In this document: in pieces, positions 32,822 through 43,309 of the stretch
Layout: each line of letters starts with the position of its first letter
How positions within the stretch are numbered: the stretch's first letter is position 1
NCBI GenBank assembly: GCA_965223795.1
Contig: CBDCXL010000002.1
Coordinates: 960,001-1,024,000 of the forward strand
Length of the DNA stretch: 64,000 bases
Origin: Nitrospinales bacterium
GTDB taxonomy: Bacteria > Nitrospinota > Nitrospinia > Nitrospinales > VA-1
Reading direction: 5' to 3'
Made by a program: the position numbers and the translations under genes
Notes under the pieces: generated by a model
What the model was told of the DNA's origin: nothing
The model's input: only the letters and a program-made list of their open reading frames with translations
Database searches by the model: none

Positions 32822-33322
32822 ATGGCTTCCAAAAACTGCACGTTCGACATCGTATCGGTCACCGACGCCGCGGAAGTGCAAAACGCGGTCAATCAGGCGA
32901 TGGCGGAGATCAGCCAGCGCTACGATTTCAAGAAAAGCAAAAGCGAGATCACGTTCGATAAAAAGAACAACCAGATTGTTCTGCTCTCCGACAATGAAGG
33001 CAAACTCAAATCGGTGGTGGACATTCTGGAAGGCAAACTGGTGCGCCGCAAGGTGTCGCTGAAAGCGCTGGATTACGGCAAGGTCGAACCGGCGCAGGGA
33101 GACACGGTGCGCCAGTCCGTCAATCTGCAGCAGGGCATCCCGCAGGAAAAAGGCAAGGAAATATCAAAGTTCATCAAGGGCATGGGACTCAAGGTGCAGA
33201 GCCAGATCATGGACGACCAGCTGCGGGTGACGGGAAAAAACCGGGACGACCTTCAGGAAGTGATCGCCGAACTCAAGCAGAAGGATTTCGGCATCGACAT
33301 GAGTTTCACCAACTACCGCTGA
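32822..33322 (+). CDS. yajQ: YajQ family nucleotide/c-di-GMP-binding protein
   Basis: FDIVS, NAVNQA, RYDFK, QLRVTGK.RDDLQ and FTNYR motifs. Confidence 0.93.
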   Translation: MASKNCTFDIVSVTDAAEVQNAVNQAMAEISQRYDFKKSKSEITFDKKNNQIVLLSDNEGKLKSVVDILEGKLVRRKVSLKALDYGKVEPAQGDTVRQSVNLQQGIPQEKGKEISKFIKGMGLKVQSQIMDDQLRVTGKNRDDLQEVIAELKQKDFGIDMSFTNYR

Positions 33323-33342
33323 ACCCGCCCTGGCGCCGCGCT

Positions 33343-34443
33343 TCAAATCAGGGAAGGGCGCACGTGCCGCAGGATGCTGCTGTGATCGACTTCCGGAAAC
33401 TGCTCGATGATCTCGACCATCTCCGGCAGGACCGCCATGAATGCCTGCACGACGGCCGGATCGAAATCGGTACCGCTGTTATTTTGCAATATCTCCACCG
33501 CAAGATCTACGGGAAACGCGTCCTTGTAGTGGCGCTTGCTCACCAGGGCGTCGAAGACATCGCAGACCGCGACGATCCGCGCTTCGATGGGAATCTCCTC
33601 CCCTCTCAACCCGCCAGGATAACCCGACCCGTCCCACCGTTCCTGGTGGGTCATGCAGATAGACTCGGCCATCTGTAACAGTTTCGACTCACTGCCGGAC
33701 AGGATCTCCGCGCCCATGATGGGGTGCATGCGCATGATCTCCCATTCTTCGTCGTTCAGTTTGTGCGAATTCATCAGGATCTGATCGGGAATACCGATCT
33801 TGCCGATGTCGTGCAGCGGGCTGGCGTGGTGGATGAGCTCGCAGTGCCCGGCATCGAGCCCCATTTCCTTCGCCAGCCTGGCGCACAGATGGCTCATGCG
33901 CAGGATGTGGTTTCCGGTCTCGGTCTCGCGGATCTCCACCGCCCGGGCGAGGCGCTGGATCACATCGAACTGCGACTCTTTGAGCTCGCGCGTGCGCTCG
34001 CGCACCTTTTCTTCCAGCTTGCGGTTGTCGGCACAATTCTGTTTGTGCAGCAGGCTGATCTCCAGCATGTTCTGCACCCGGACCAGAGCCTCGGTCATCT
34101 CGAACGGCTTGGGCAGAAAATCCTTGGCCCCGGATTTCAGGGCGCGCACGCGAGTGGGCACATCCCGCTGGGCGGTGAGCACGAGGATGGGTAAAAACGG
34201 TCCCTGCTCCACCGCTTTCAACGCCTCCATCACCGCGAACCCGTCCATGCCCGGCATCTTGAGATCCAGAAGGATCAGATCCGGGTTCAGCGCCTGATAG
34301 GTTTCCACGGATTTTTCGGGATCCTGCACGTGGTGCAGATTGAGAAACCCCGCCCCTTTCAACAGCCGCTCGAGAATGCGGATGTTCCCCGGCTCATCGT
34401 CGATGATCAAAATGTGGGCTTCAAATACAGATGGAATGGACAT
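33343..34443 (-). CDS. Response regulator with HD-GYP domain
   Basis: Receiver (IIDDE, LLDLKMP, KPF) plus ETGNH, LHDIGK, HQERWDGSGYP, DVFDAL; ATG 34443 with SD. Confidence 0.92.
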   Translation of the reverse strand: MSIPSVFEAHILIIDDEPGNIRILERLLKGAGFLNLHHVQDPEKSVETYQALNPDLILLDLKMPGMDGFAVMEALKAVEQGPFLPILVLTAQRDVPTRVRALKSGAKDFLPKPFEMTEALVRVQNMLEISLLHKQNCADNRKLEEKVRERTRELKESQFDVIQRLARAVEIRETETGNHILRMSHLCARLAKEMGLDAGHCELIHHASPLHDIGKIGIPDQILMNSHKLNDEEWEIMRMHPIMGAEILSGSESKLLQMAESICMTHQERWDGSGYPGGLRGEEIPIEARIVAVCDVFDALVSKRHYKDAFPVDLAVEILQNNSGTDFDPAVVQAFMAVLPEMVEIIEQFPEVDHSSILRHVRPSLI

Positions 34444-34650
34444 GGTGCCTTTCTCCCCCCAGGAGCGGCGCGGTGCAACCTTCATGAAGCGGGGAAACTC
34501 AAAAATTCAATGGTTTACATTTACCTTAGTATGCCTTCTATGTTACGGCATATCTTGAGTGCCGTCAACGCGTTGAACGGGGCGGGATAAAAAAGGAATT
34601 GTCCACAAGCGTGCCGTCCTCCCGGGACTCCATCTGCAATCTCCGGAAAT

Positions 34651-35871
34651 TCAGCTTGTTTTGCCTGTGATGCGGCGGAAAAGGTCCAGCGCCGCGGCCG
34701 CGAAGGAGAGCATTTTATTTTTTATGTATTTGCGTGGGTCGAACAGGCGGCGGTGCGTTTCCAGCAAAAGGCGGGGGATGTCCAGCTCTTCCGGACAGCG
34801 GGGCAGGCAGTCTCCGCATTGCGTGCACCTGGACGCGAAGGATCCGGGGAACCAGTGGTCCTTCTCTTCGAGCATGTTGTAGCGGTAGCGGCCGTAGTCC
34901 TGCATGCCGTAGCCTTCCAGCAGATTGCGGAAGCGCAGCACTTCGGGAATGTTGATGTTCTCGGGACAGGGCAGGCACTCGTGGCACAGGGTGCAGCGGC
35001 CGGTGACGCCGGAGCCCGCCGCGTCCATGCGTTGCTTGACGGGAACCTCATCCTGAGTGAAATATCCTTCTTCATTGAGGATCGCGAGGTTCTGCGCGAA
35101 ATGCGCGGGTTCGTGCATGCCCATGCTGAGCGTGGTGATCTGGGGGTGGCTGAGGCAGAAGCGGCCGTTGAACTGGATGGCGCTGAGCGGCTGAGTGAGT
35201 TCGCGCACTTTGGCGGACGGGTTCCAGAGCTGGCCGCCCTTGTCGTTGGGCGAGATGATGAAGACGCCGATGTCTTTCTCCGCCGCAAGCTGCACGGCGG
35301 GCAGGTTGCGCTGGAAGAAATAATAATAATGCAGGTTGACGAAACTGAAGCGGCCGCTGTTCAGCGCTTTTAAGATAATCTCGAGCGGGCCGTGGGTGGA
35401 AAAGCCGATGTGGCGGATGACGCCTTCCTCGCGCAGCCGGTGCAGGGTGTCCACGGGACCGCCGGGCTTGAGGGCGGCGTTCAGCCTCTCTTCGTTGTTG
35501 ATGCCGTGCCAGCCGTAAAAGTCGATGAAGTCGAGCTGAAGTGCTTTTAGCTGCTCTTCGACGAGGCGTTTCGTCTCGTCGGCGGTCATCGGCGCGGCCT
35601 TGGTCATGATCTTGATTGCATCGCGCGGCCGCGCCAGCTCTTTGAGCACGGCGCCGTACAGATGTTCGCTTTTGACGTAGCCGTAGGCGGTCTCGATGTG
35701 GTTGATCCCCAGGTCCAGCGCCCGGCGCGTCGTGTCCAGGCAGTTCTCGATGGACGCCGCCGGCAGGTGGTCGCGCGGCGGATTCCAGCCGTGTTTGAAG
35801 CGCATGCCGCCCAGGGTGATGACGGAGATGCGTTCGCCGGTCTGTCCGAATCTGCGGTATTGCATGGGCAT
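34651..35871 (-). CDS. Aldo/keto reductase with C-terminal 4Fe-4S dicluster
   Basis: LGGMRF, HIETAYGY, HIGFSTH; CTLCHECLPCP and CTQCGDCLPRCP. Confidence 0.9.
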   Translation of the reverse strand: MPMQYRRFGQTGERISVITLGGMRFKHGWNPPRDHLPAASIENCLDTTRRALDLGINHIETAYGYVKSEHLYGAVLKELARPRDAIKIMTKAAPMTADETKRLVEEQLKALQLDFIDFYGWHGINNEERLNAALKPGGPVDTLHRLREEGVIRHIGFSTHGPLEIILKALNSGRFSFVNLHYYYFFQRNLPAVQLAAEKDIGVFIISPNDKGGQLWNPSAKVRELTQPLSAIQFNGRFCLSHPQITTLSMGMHEPAHFAQNLAILNEEGYFTQDEVPVKQRMDAAGSGVTGRCTLCHECLPCPENINIPEVLRFRNLLEGYGMQDYGRYRYNMLEEKDHWFPGSFASRCTQCGDCLPRCPEELDIPRLLLETHRRLFDPRKYIKNKMLSFAAAALDLFRRITGKTS

Positions 35872-36044
35872 GGGGAAAGGGTGTTTCGATTGAGATGAAT
35901 TCCGTTCAGGATCGATTCAAACACCGCCTTGCCGACGCGGAATTTCAGGATGCCGGAGCACGGACTCAACCGCTTGATTTTTATGCAACCCGCGTCCCGG
36001 CGGGCGGCTTATCGGTTATAATACCGCACCGTGTCGAAAGTTTA

Positions 36045-37199
36045 ATGGACTCCGCTCGTCTCATGCTGCCGCTGTGGTCGCCCACGCTTAAAAAAATCAG
36101 ACGCTTCTTTGGACAACAGGATGTCCGGTTTCCGCTGACGCTGATCGTCGTCCTGCTGGCCATGGTGTTGTTTTTCGCGTTCGTGTTCGCTCTGTTCGAG
36201 AAAGGCGCCACGTTCGGGGACGGGCTCTGGACCGCCTACATCACGCTGACCACCATCGGCTACGGCGATTTCACCGCAAAAACGTTTGAAGGACGGCTGG
36301 TCACCGTTCTCACCACTCTCATCGGGATCGGCTGTTTCGGCGTCTTCACCGGGATCATCGTCGAAAAGGCCCTGCAAAGGAGAATCAAGAAAATGAAAGG
36401 GGAAAACCACTACAACGGCCGCGGTCATCTGGTTATCGTCAACGTTCCTTCCTATGAGGAAATCCGGGAGCTGCTGCGGGAGCTGAACCTGAGCCCGGAT
36501 TTCAAGGAAATCCCGGTCGTGGTCGTCGCGTCCGCGCTGCCGCAGGGCGACAAGGAAATCCCCGGTTCCCTGATCGGACACATCGAAGGGTACGTCAACG
36601 GATTGCCCTCGACTCTGGAAACGCTGAAGCGGGCCAACCTCGGCGAAGCGCGGGCCTGCGTGTTTCTGGGATCGACGAGCGATCCCAAGCTGGACGACAC
36701 CAACACGCTGACGGCGGGGCTGATCGAGAAGAACTGGCCTGACGTGGTGACCATCCTCGGCTGCACCCGCGCCGAGACCATGAAGAACCTCGACATGTTC
36801 AACATCAACGGGGGCATCAACGCCACCGACCTGCAGATGGGGCTTCTGGTGCAGGAGCTGGAAAACCCCGGCGTGTTCGAGGTCTACCATCAACTCTCTT
36901 CCAACTCGGGCGGCAGCCAGATCTACATCTCCCAAACCCCGATGGGGAGCTGGCCCGGGTACCGGCCGGACCTGACGGCGGGAACCCTGAAGATGGCGGT
37001 CCTCGCACTCAATTACAGGGTCGAGATTCTCGGCATCAAACGCCGTCAGCGCGATGAAATCTTTTTGAATCCGGAAAACGATTTTAAACTGGAACCCAAT
37101 GACAGGCTGATCTATCTTTCTAAGGGACGCATCGACTGGCCGGGTAAAAGCGCCGAGCTGGTGCAAAAGATGCGCGAACTCGAAAACGCCGTCACGTAA
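36045..37199 (+). CDS. Potassium channel (2-TM pore plus RCK-like domain)
   Basis: TLTTIGYGD selectivity filter between TMs; cytoplasmic RCK-like region; start uncertain (ORF open from 35895). Confidence 0.85.
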   Translation: MDSARLMLPLWSPTLKKIRRFFGQQDVRFPLTLIVVLLAMVLFFAFVFALFEKGATFGDGLWTAYITLTTIGYGDFTAKTFEGRLVTVLTTLIGIGCFGVFTGIIVEKALQRRIKKMKGENHYNGRGHLVIVNVPSYEEIRELLRELNLSPDFKEIPVVVVASALPQGDKEIPGSLIGHIEGYVNGLPSTLETLKRANLGEARACVFLGSTSDPKLDDTNTLTAGLIEKNWPDVVTILGCTRAETMKNLDMFNINGGINATDLQMGLLVQELENPGVFEVYHQLSSNSGGSQIYISQTPMGSWPGYRPDLTAGTLKMAVLALNYRVEILGIKRRQRDEIFLNPENDFKLEPNDRLIYLSKGRIDWPGKSAELVQKMRELENAVT

Positions 37200-37202
37200 A
37201 TC

Positions 37203-38459
37203 ATGGCTTCGTTCCGCTTCATCCACTGTTCCGATCTCCACATCGACAGTCCCTTCAAGGGCCTGAGCGCGCTCGAACCCGAACTGGCGGAATCGCTGCG
37301 CACTTCCACCTTCCGCGCCTTCCACAACATCGTCCGGCTGGCCGTCAGCGAGCGCGTGGACGCGGTGGTGATCGCGGGGGATGTGTTCGACAGCGCCGAC
37401 AAGAGCCTGCGGGCGCAGCTCAAATTCCACCGCGCGCTCAAGGAACTGTGCGATGCGGGCATCCCGGTGTTCGTGGCGCACGGCAATCACGACCCGCTCG
37501 ACGGCTGGTCGTCGTCGCTGACGCCGCCGGAGGGCGTCGTCGTCTTTCAGGGAGAGAACGTCGAACAGCATCCGGTGAAACGCGGCGGTGAAACGCTGGC
37601 CTGGATCTACGGCATCAGCTACCCGCAGCGCGAGGTGCGGGAAAATCTGGCAACCCGGTTCCAGCGCAAAAACACGGACGGGTTCGCGGTGGGCGTGCTG
37701 CACGCCAACGTCGGGCAGGACCCGAACCACGACAACTACGCGCCCTGTTCGCTCGACGACTGCGTCGCGGGCGGCCTGGACTACTGGGCGCTCGGGCACA
37801 TCCACGCGCACCGCATTCTCAGGTCCGGTTTTCCCGCGGTGGTGTACTGCGGCAACGCGCAGGCGCGGCACCTGCGCGAGGTTGGCCCCAAGGGCTGCTG
37901 CCTGGTGACGCTGCATGACAACAGCGAACCGGAAATCCGCTTTGTCGCCACGGACGCGGTGCGGTTTGCGGAAAGCGATCTCGATCTCTCCGGCGTGGAC
38001 ACGATGCAGAACGCGCTGCAATCGCTGCGCGCGCACCTGGCCGGGATGGTGGCGCAGGCGGGCGACCGGGAAGCGCTGGTGCGCGTGAACCTCACCGGCC
38101 GAACGGCATTGCATGAAGAACTTTCCCGCACCGGCAGCCTGGCCGCGCTCACCGAGGAGGTGCGGCAGGACTTCGCGCACCGCAAACCTGAAGTCTGGCT
38201 CTCCCTGACACAGAACACGCAGGCGGATTTCGATCTTGAGGCGCTCAAGCGCGGCGACGACTTCATCGCCGACCTGCTTGCCATGTTCGATGCGGCGCGC
38301 GACGGAAACGACCGCGAGGCTCTCAACGCGGCGCTCAAACCGCTTTACGAAAGCTGGCCGGGTGCACGCCACCTGGCTCCGCTGTCCGGCGAGGAATGGC
38401 AGCGGCTTTTGACTCTGGCCCAAAACCGGGCGCTCGATCCGCTCATGCAGAAACGCTGA
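37203..38459 (+). CDS. Mre11/SbcD-like metallophosphoesterase (YhaO family)
   Basis: SDLHIDSPF, AGDVFD, GNHD, DYWALGHIH motifs. Confidence 0.9.
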   Translation: MASFRFIHCSDLHIDSPFKGLSALEPELAESLRTSTFRAFHNIVRLAVSERVDAVVIAGDVFDSADKSLRAQLKFHRALKELCDAGIPVFVAHGNHDPLDGWSSSLTPPEGVVVFQGENVEQHPVKRGGETLAWIYGISYPQREVRENLATRFQRKNTDGFAVGVLHANVGQDPNHDNYAPCSLDDCVAGGLDYWALGHIHAHRILRSGFPAVVYCGNAQARHLREVGPKGCCLVTLHDNSEPEIRFVATDAVRFAESDLDLSGVDTMQNALQSLRAHLAGMVAQAGDREALVRVNLTGRTALHEELSRTGSLAALTEEVRQDFAHRKPEVWLSLTQNTQADFDLEALKRGDDFIADLLAMFDAARDGNDREALNAALKPLYESWPGARHLAPLSGEEWQRLLTLAQNRALDPLMQKR

Positions 38460-38484
38460 TCGGGTTTCCTGCCACCGGCACGCC

Positions 38485-41190
38485 ATGCAGATTCGCGAAA
38501 TTCATATCGAGGGGTTCGGCATCTTTGCCGGCACCCGGCTGAACCCCCTCAAAGGCGGTCTCAACGTGCTGTACGGCGCCAACGAGGCGGGGAAAACCAC
38601 GCTCATCGAATTCATCCGCCGGATCCTGTTCGGCTTTCCGCGCAAAACCAGGGGCACGAACGCCTACCCTCCCCTGTCCGGCGGCGCGCACGGCGGCAGG
38701 CTGTTCTGCGAGCTGGCGTCGGGCGAAGCGGTGACGCTTGCGCGTGTGCAGCGCGGCAAGGAAACGGTCACCGTGTCCAGCGAAGCCGGAGAGGAAACCG
38801 GAAGCGACGCGCTGTCGAAGGTGCTGGGGCACGCCTCGAAGGAACTGTTCCACCACATCCACGCCATCACGCTGGATGAGCTTGCGGATTTCAACACGCT
38901 CAAGGGCGATGAGATCAAAAACCGCATCTACGGCGCCGGGATGGGGCTGGGGGCGGTGTCGCTCAAGGAGGTCGACAAGCAGCTTGCGGACCGCTGCGAC
39001 GCGGTGTTCAGGCCGCGCGGCAAAAAGAAGATGAACCAGCTGTATGAAGAAATCCGCATGCTGGAGGATGGCGTGGCGGCGGTGCAGGCGGGCCTCAACC
39101 GCTACGGCGAACTGAACGCGCGCATCGAGAACATGGAAGCGGAACGGGGCACGCTGGCGGAGAAGGTTAAGGCGCTGGAGAAACGCAAACAGTTTCTGGA
39201 AACGCAGAAACAGTTTCATCCTCTGGTGCGCGAGCTGGAGACCGCGGAAGCGGCGCTGCAAGAGCTTGAAGACATTCCCGGTTTTCCGGAAAAGGGGCTG
39301 GAACAACTCGATGCGCTGCTGCTGGTGAAAAAGGAGATGCAGAACCGGCTGGATGAGGAAACGCGCACACTCAAAGACTGGGTCCAGGAAAAGAAAGCGC
39401 TCCACATCAACCGCGCGCTTTTGGAACGGGAAGCGGAGGTGGTGGACCTGCAGCAATCGCTCAAGCAGGTGCTGGCGGCGATCGAGAACCGGACGGCCGT
39501 GCAAGCGGAACGGGCGCGGCTGCAGGACAGTCTGGAAAACGAAAAAGCAGTGCTGCAAGTGGACTGGGAAGAGGCGCGCATTGTGGAGTTTGAATTCGGT
39601 CCCGAGCAGGTGCGGCAGGTGCAATCGTTCCACGAACGCTTCGAGGCGCTGCGCGAACAGGTGATCCGGACGCGCGAGAAATGGGAATATTACCGCAACC
39701 GGAAACAGGCGGAAGGGGCGAAAGGCTGGAACATTCTGGTCTGGCTGCGCGGCATCGGGGTGGCGCAGGGCGGGCTCGGGCTGACGGGGCTGGGCTGGGG
39801 CGTGTTTACCGGCAACGCGCCGCTCATGGGCCTGTCGTCCTGCCTGTTGCTCTTGGGAGCGTTGCTGCTCAAAAAATACCAGAAAGAAAAACGCGAGTTT
39901 TTCGCCGAGGACGCGTTCGGGCAATCCCTGCAGGCAAAGGCGCAGGAGGCGCAATCGGAACAGCAGACGCTTGCCAAATCCTGGCGGGTGTTTCTCGATT
40001 CGACGGGCCTGCCTGAAAGACTCACTCCCGTTGAAGCGCGGGAAAAGGGGCCGATGCTGCGCGCGCTGGGGGAAAAAATACGGCAGCGCGTGAGGCTCGA
40101 TGAGCGGATCCGACAGATGCAGGAGACCGAACAGGACGTGCGGCAGCGGCTGTCCGCGCTGAAGCCGGTTCTCGATGACACCCCGCAGATGAAATCGGTG
40201 CATGCGGGCATTGAAACCGCGCAGCGGCAGTTCGAAGCGGCGAAACGCGCGGCGCAGCGGGCCGAGGATCTGCAAAAACTCATTCAGGATCAGGAAGAAA
40301 AAAACAGCCGGCTGCGGCAACTGCTGATGGAAAATGAAAACGAAAAACTCGGGTTTTTGAAAAACGCGGGCGCGCAAAACGAGGATGAGTTTCGGGCGAA
40401 GCACCGCACGATGGAACAGCGGCGATCCTGGCAGGAGAAAGCGGAACAGCACCGCCGGCACATCCGTTCCCGGCTGGGCGAGGACGCCGGGGCGTTCACC
40501 GCGGAACTCAAAACCAGGAAGTATGAAGACATCGAAAACGACCTGCGCGAAGCGGTGCGCGAGCTCGTGCAATGGGGCGCGAAACGGGACGCACTGCTGG
40601 AATCGCTGGGAGAGGTGAAAAACCAGCGCGACCAGCTGGCGTCGAACGACGACCTTTCGATCAAGCAGACGGCGCTCGCCCTGCGGCAGCAGGAACTGGA
40701 GGATCTGGGACGGGAATGGGCCGCCGCGAAACTGGCGCGCACGCTGCTGGATGCGGCGCGGCAGCGCTACGAAACGCATCGCCAGCCGGGGGTGCTGCAG
40801 GCCGCGGAAAGGCTGTTTCGCGCCGTCACCGGCGGCGCGTATTCGCGGATCGTCAAGCCGCTCGACAGCGACGCGCTGCTGGTGGAAAACGCACGCGGCG
40901 AACGCAGGCAATTGTTCGAGCTCAGCCGCGGCACGCGCGAGCAGCTGTATCTCGCAATGCGCCTGGGACTGATCGAGGAGCACGATAAGCGCTCGGAGCC
41001 GCTGCCGGTCATCCTCGACGACGTGCTGGTCAATTTCGACGAGACCCGGCGGGCCCGCTTCCTCGAAGAGCTGCACGCGTTCGCGCAGGACCGGCAGGTG
41101 CTGGCGCTCACCTGCCACGCCTCGGTGCTGAAAGACTATGAATCCCTGGGCGCGAACGTCGTGCCCTTTGCCGCTGGAAACGGATCGTGA
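38485..41190 (+). CDS. SMC-like AAA ATPase (YhaN family) with central TM hairpin
   Basis: GANEAGKTT, long coiled coils, LSRGTREQLYLAMR, LDDVLVNFD. Confidence 0.9.
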   Translation: MQIREIHIEGFGIFAGTRLNPLKGGLNVLYGANEAGKTTLIEFIRRILFGFPRKTRGTNAYPPLSGGAHGGRLFCELASGEAVTLARVQRGKETVTVSSEAGEETGSDALSKVLGHASKELFHHIHAITLDELADFNTLKGDEIKNRIYGAGMGLGAVSLKEVDKQLADRCDAVFRPRGKKKMNQLYEEIRMLEDGVAAVQAGLNRYGELNARIENMEAERGTLAEKVKALEKRKQFLETQKQFHPLVRELETAEAALQELEDIPGFPEKGLEQLDALLLVKKEMQNRLDEETRTLKDWVQEKKALHINRALLEREAEVVDLQQSLKQVLAAIENRTAVQAERARLQDSLENEKAVLQVDWEEARIVEFEFGPEQVRQVQSFHERFEALREQVIRTREKWEYYRNRKQAEGAKGWNILVWLRGIGVAQGGLGLTGLGWGVFTGNAPLMGLSSCLLLLGALLLKKYQKEKREFFAEDAFGQSLQAKAQEAQSEQQTLAKSWRVFLDSTGLPERLTPVEAREKGPMLRALGEKIRQRVRLDERIRQMQETEQDVRQRLSALKPVLDDTPQMKSVHAGIETAQRQFEAAKRAAQRAEDLQKLIQDQEEKNSRLRQLLMENENEKLGFLKNAGAQNEDEFRAKHRTMEQRRSWQEKAEQHRRHIRSRLGEDAGAFTAELKTRKYEDIENDLREAVRELVQWGAKRDALLESLGEVKNQRDQLASNDDLSIKQTALALRQQELEDLGREWAAAKLARTLLDAARQRYETHRQPGVLQAAERLFRAVTGGAYSRIVKPLDSDALLVENARGERRQLFELSRGTREQLYLAMRLGLIEEHDKRSEPLPVILDDVLVNFDETRRARFLEELHAFAQDRQVLALTCHASVLKDYESLGANVVPFAAGNGS

Positions 41191-41981
41191 ACACGCGAAA
41201 GAACATCCCGGCCGGTCTTGTATTGATCGCCCTATCGCTTCTGGCCGCGCCGCTGTTCGCGGCCGCGGGCATGGTGGAAATCCCGGCGGGCCCCACCCTC
41301 TACGGGTCCGAGCCGGATGCGGGCTTTAAAGAGTGTGAAAAAAACAACAAGGTGTGCAAGCGCAAATGGTTCGCCGACGAAGAGCCCCGGCGCGAGGTGC
41401 ATCTCGATGCGTTTTTAATCGACACGCACGAGGTGACGCAGAAGGAGTTCGAAACCCGGATGGGGCACAACCCTTCGTCCTTCAAGGGGGACGACCTGCC
41501 GGTGGAAGGGGCGACGTGGTACGAGGCGCAATCCTACTGCGAGCAGATGGGCAAGCGCCTGCCCACGGAAGCGGAGTGGGAGAAGGCGGCGCGCGGCGGC
41601 AGCCAGACGGTGTACGCGTGGGGCGACGCGGTGTTGTCGCAGCGGGCGAATTTCTGCGACGCGCACTGCGACGAACGCTGGAAGGAAACACAGTTCGAGG
41701 ACGGGTTCGAGCACACGGCGCCGGTGGGCAGCTTCCCGCCCAACGGCTACGGCCTGTTCGACATGGCGGGCAACGTGTACGAGTGGGTGGCCGACTGGTA
41801 CGACGAAGACTATTATCAAAACGCGCCGGACAAAAACCCCAGGGGTCCGCGCGGCGGCCGGAAAAAAGTGATCCGCGGCGGCTCCTGGATCAACTATTCC
41901 TCGGGCGTGCGCCCGGCCGACCGCTCGGACGCCAAGACCCGCGACCGCTACAACTTCATCGGCTTCCGCTGCGCGAAGTGA
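41187..41981 (+). CDS. Formylglycine-generating enzyme (SUMF1/FGE-sulfatase) family protein, secreted
   Basis: RLPTEAEWEKAARG, NGYGLFDMAGNVYEW, RGGSW, GFRCA; GTGA overlap with the yhaN-like gene. Confidence 0.9.
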   Translation: MNTRKNIPAGLVLIALSLLAAPLFAAAGMVEIPAGPTLYGSEPDAGFKECEKNNKVCKRKWFADEEPRREVHLDAFLIDTHEVTQKEFETRMGHNPSSFKGDDLPVEGATWYEAQSYCEQMGKRLPTEAEWEKAARGGSQTVYAWGDAVLSQRANFCDAHCDERWKETQFEDGFEHTAPVGSFPPNGYGLFDMAGNVYEWVADWYDEDYYQNAPDKNPRGPRGGRKKVIRGGSWINYSSGVRPADRSDAKTRDRYNFIGFRCAK

Positions 41982-42118
41982 TCCCCAGCCGGGTAAAACG
42001 AGCGCCGGGCGGTTGCCACCCATCATTTATCTTTGCCATCCATCCGCCGATGAGTAGGGCGAGCGAGGCTGATTCGAATCACTGAAACCACTCTTCCTTC
42101 TGCGCGAATTCCTTTGCC

Positions 42119-42628
42119 ATGCCGTTCACGCCGTTTCATTTCGGTCCGGGGCTTTTGTTGAAATCGCTGCTCGCGCGCTGGTTCAGCTTCCCGGTGTTCG
42201 TGCTGTCGCAGATCGTGATCGACGTGGAGACGCTGTCCCGCATCGTGAGCGGCGCGCCCGCGCTGCACGGTCCGGCGCATTCGCTGTTCGGCGCAACCAT
42301 CGCGGCGGGCGTGACGATCCTCATGACCCGCCTGCTCTATGGGGCGGCGAGCGGCGTGCACCAGTGGTTCGAGGTGGTGCGGCGGCAACAGCCCGCCTAT
42401 CCGGCGCCGCCGTTTGCCGTCGTCTGCGTCACGGCCTGCATCGGCGCGTGGTCGCACGTGCTGCTGGACAGCGTGATGCACCGCGACGTGCAGCCGTTTC
42501 ACCCCTTCTCGCCGGACAATCCCTGGCTCGATCTGGTCTCGCTGAGCGCGCTGCACCAGGGCTGCGTGCTGGCGGGCGTCCTGGGAGGTCTCATCTGGCT
42601 GGGACGGTGGCTTGCCGGCAAATTCTGA
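42119..42628 (+). CDS. Membrane protein, metal-dependent hydrolase-like (DUF4184-like)
   Basis: MPFTPFH, D, HGPAHS and SHVLLDSVMH motifs among TM segments. Confidence 0.7.
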   Translation: MPFTPFHFGPGLLLKSLLARWFSFPVFVLSQIVIDVETLSRIVSGAPALHGPAHSLFGATIAAGVTILMTRLLYGAASGVHQWFEVVRRQQPAYPAPPFAVVCVTACIGAWSHVLLDSVMHRDVQPFHPFSPDNPWLDLVSLSALHQGCVLAGVLGGLIWLGRWLAGKF

Positions 42629-42655
42629 ATATCGGTTTGAAAGCCCGGCATTCCG

Positions 42656-43087
42656 TCAAACGACCGTGGCCTGCTTGAGCCCCAGGTCGATGCAGTCCTT
42701 TGGCAGGGCGCCGGTCTGGATGAGCAGGGAAAGAAAATCCGTGGCGTTCCAGGCTTTGACGATCTTGCCCTTCTCAATGACGCCGAAGAAACTGGATTTG
42801 AATTTCACGTCTTTACCCGTGGCCTTGTGCCGCGCGTTGACGGTGAAGATGCCCGCGACTTCCCCGCCGCTTTCGATGACGTGGTCGAGTGTGATGCGGA
42901 TGGTGTCCATCGCGTCGAGGATCTTGCGATGAAACCGCTTGAAATCCTCCGGGCAGCGGAGGGTTGTTTCCTCCAGGTCCTCCATGTGGCACTCGGCGGC
43001 GAGCATTTCGTCGATGGCGTCCTCCCGGCCCTTGTTCCAGACTTCCTCAAACCAGCGCTGCATCAGCTCCACGTTCGATCGGCTCAT
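42656..43087 (-). CDS. SnoaL-like ester cyclase / NTF2-fold protein
   Basis: RWFEEVWNKG, TGKDV, GKIVKAW..DFL..LIQ.G. Confidence 0.85.
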   Translation of the reverse strand: MSRSNVELMQRWFEEVWNKGREDAIDEMLAAECHMEDLEETTLRCPEDFKRFHRKILDAMDTIRITLDHVIESGGEVAGIFTVNARHKATGKDVKFKSSFFGVIEKGKIVKAWNATDFLSLLIQTGALPKDCIDLGLKQATVV

Positions 43088-43200
43088 GGCGTCCCCCTTT
43101 GCAATGGTTGTACGGTTGGCCAAGACCTCATTATGGCATGCGGAAGCACCCGAAACTGTGAGCCTTCCTGCTATCCCAGGAAAAAAATTTCACTTGGCGG

Positions 43201-43240
43201 TTGACAAAATAATGAATATTTTATACATTATTCATTATTT
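43201..43240 (+). promoter_or_regulatory. sigma70 promoter overlapped by a 12-bp inverted-repeat operator (probable TetR site 1)
   Basis: TTGACA(43201)-17 bp-TACATT; AAATAATGAATA (43207-43218) / TATTCATTATTT (43229-43240). Confidence 0.75.
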
Positions 43241-43309
43241 GCAAACCACCTCCCAATTGCAGATCCGGAAGCGGAACCAGCAGAATTAAAAGGATCCCAA
43301 AGCACCTTC

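Noticed and set aside
36042..41118. 814-aa and 891-aa minus-strand ORFs
   Set aside because: Antisense to the channel/yhaO/yhaN-like genes, which carry clear motifs
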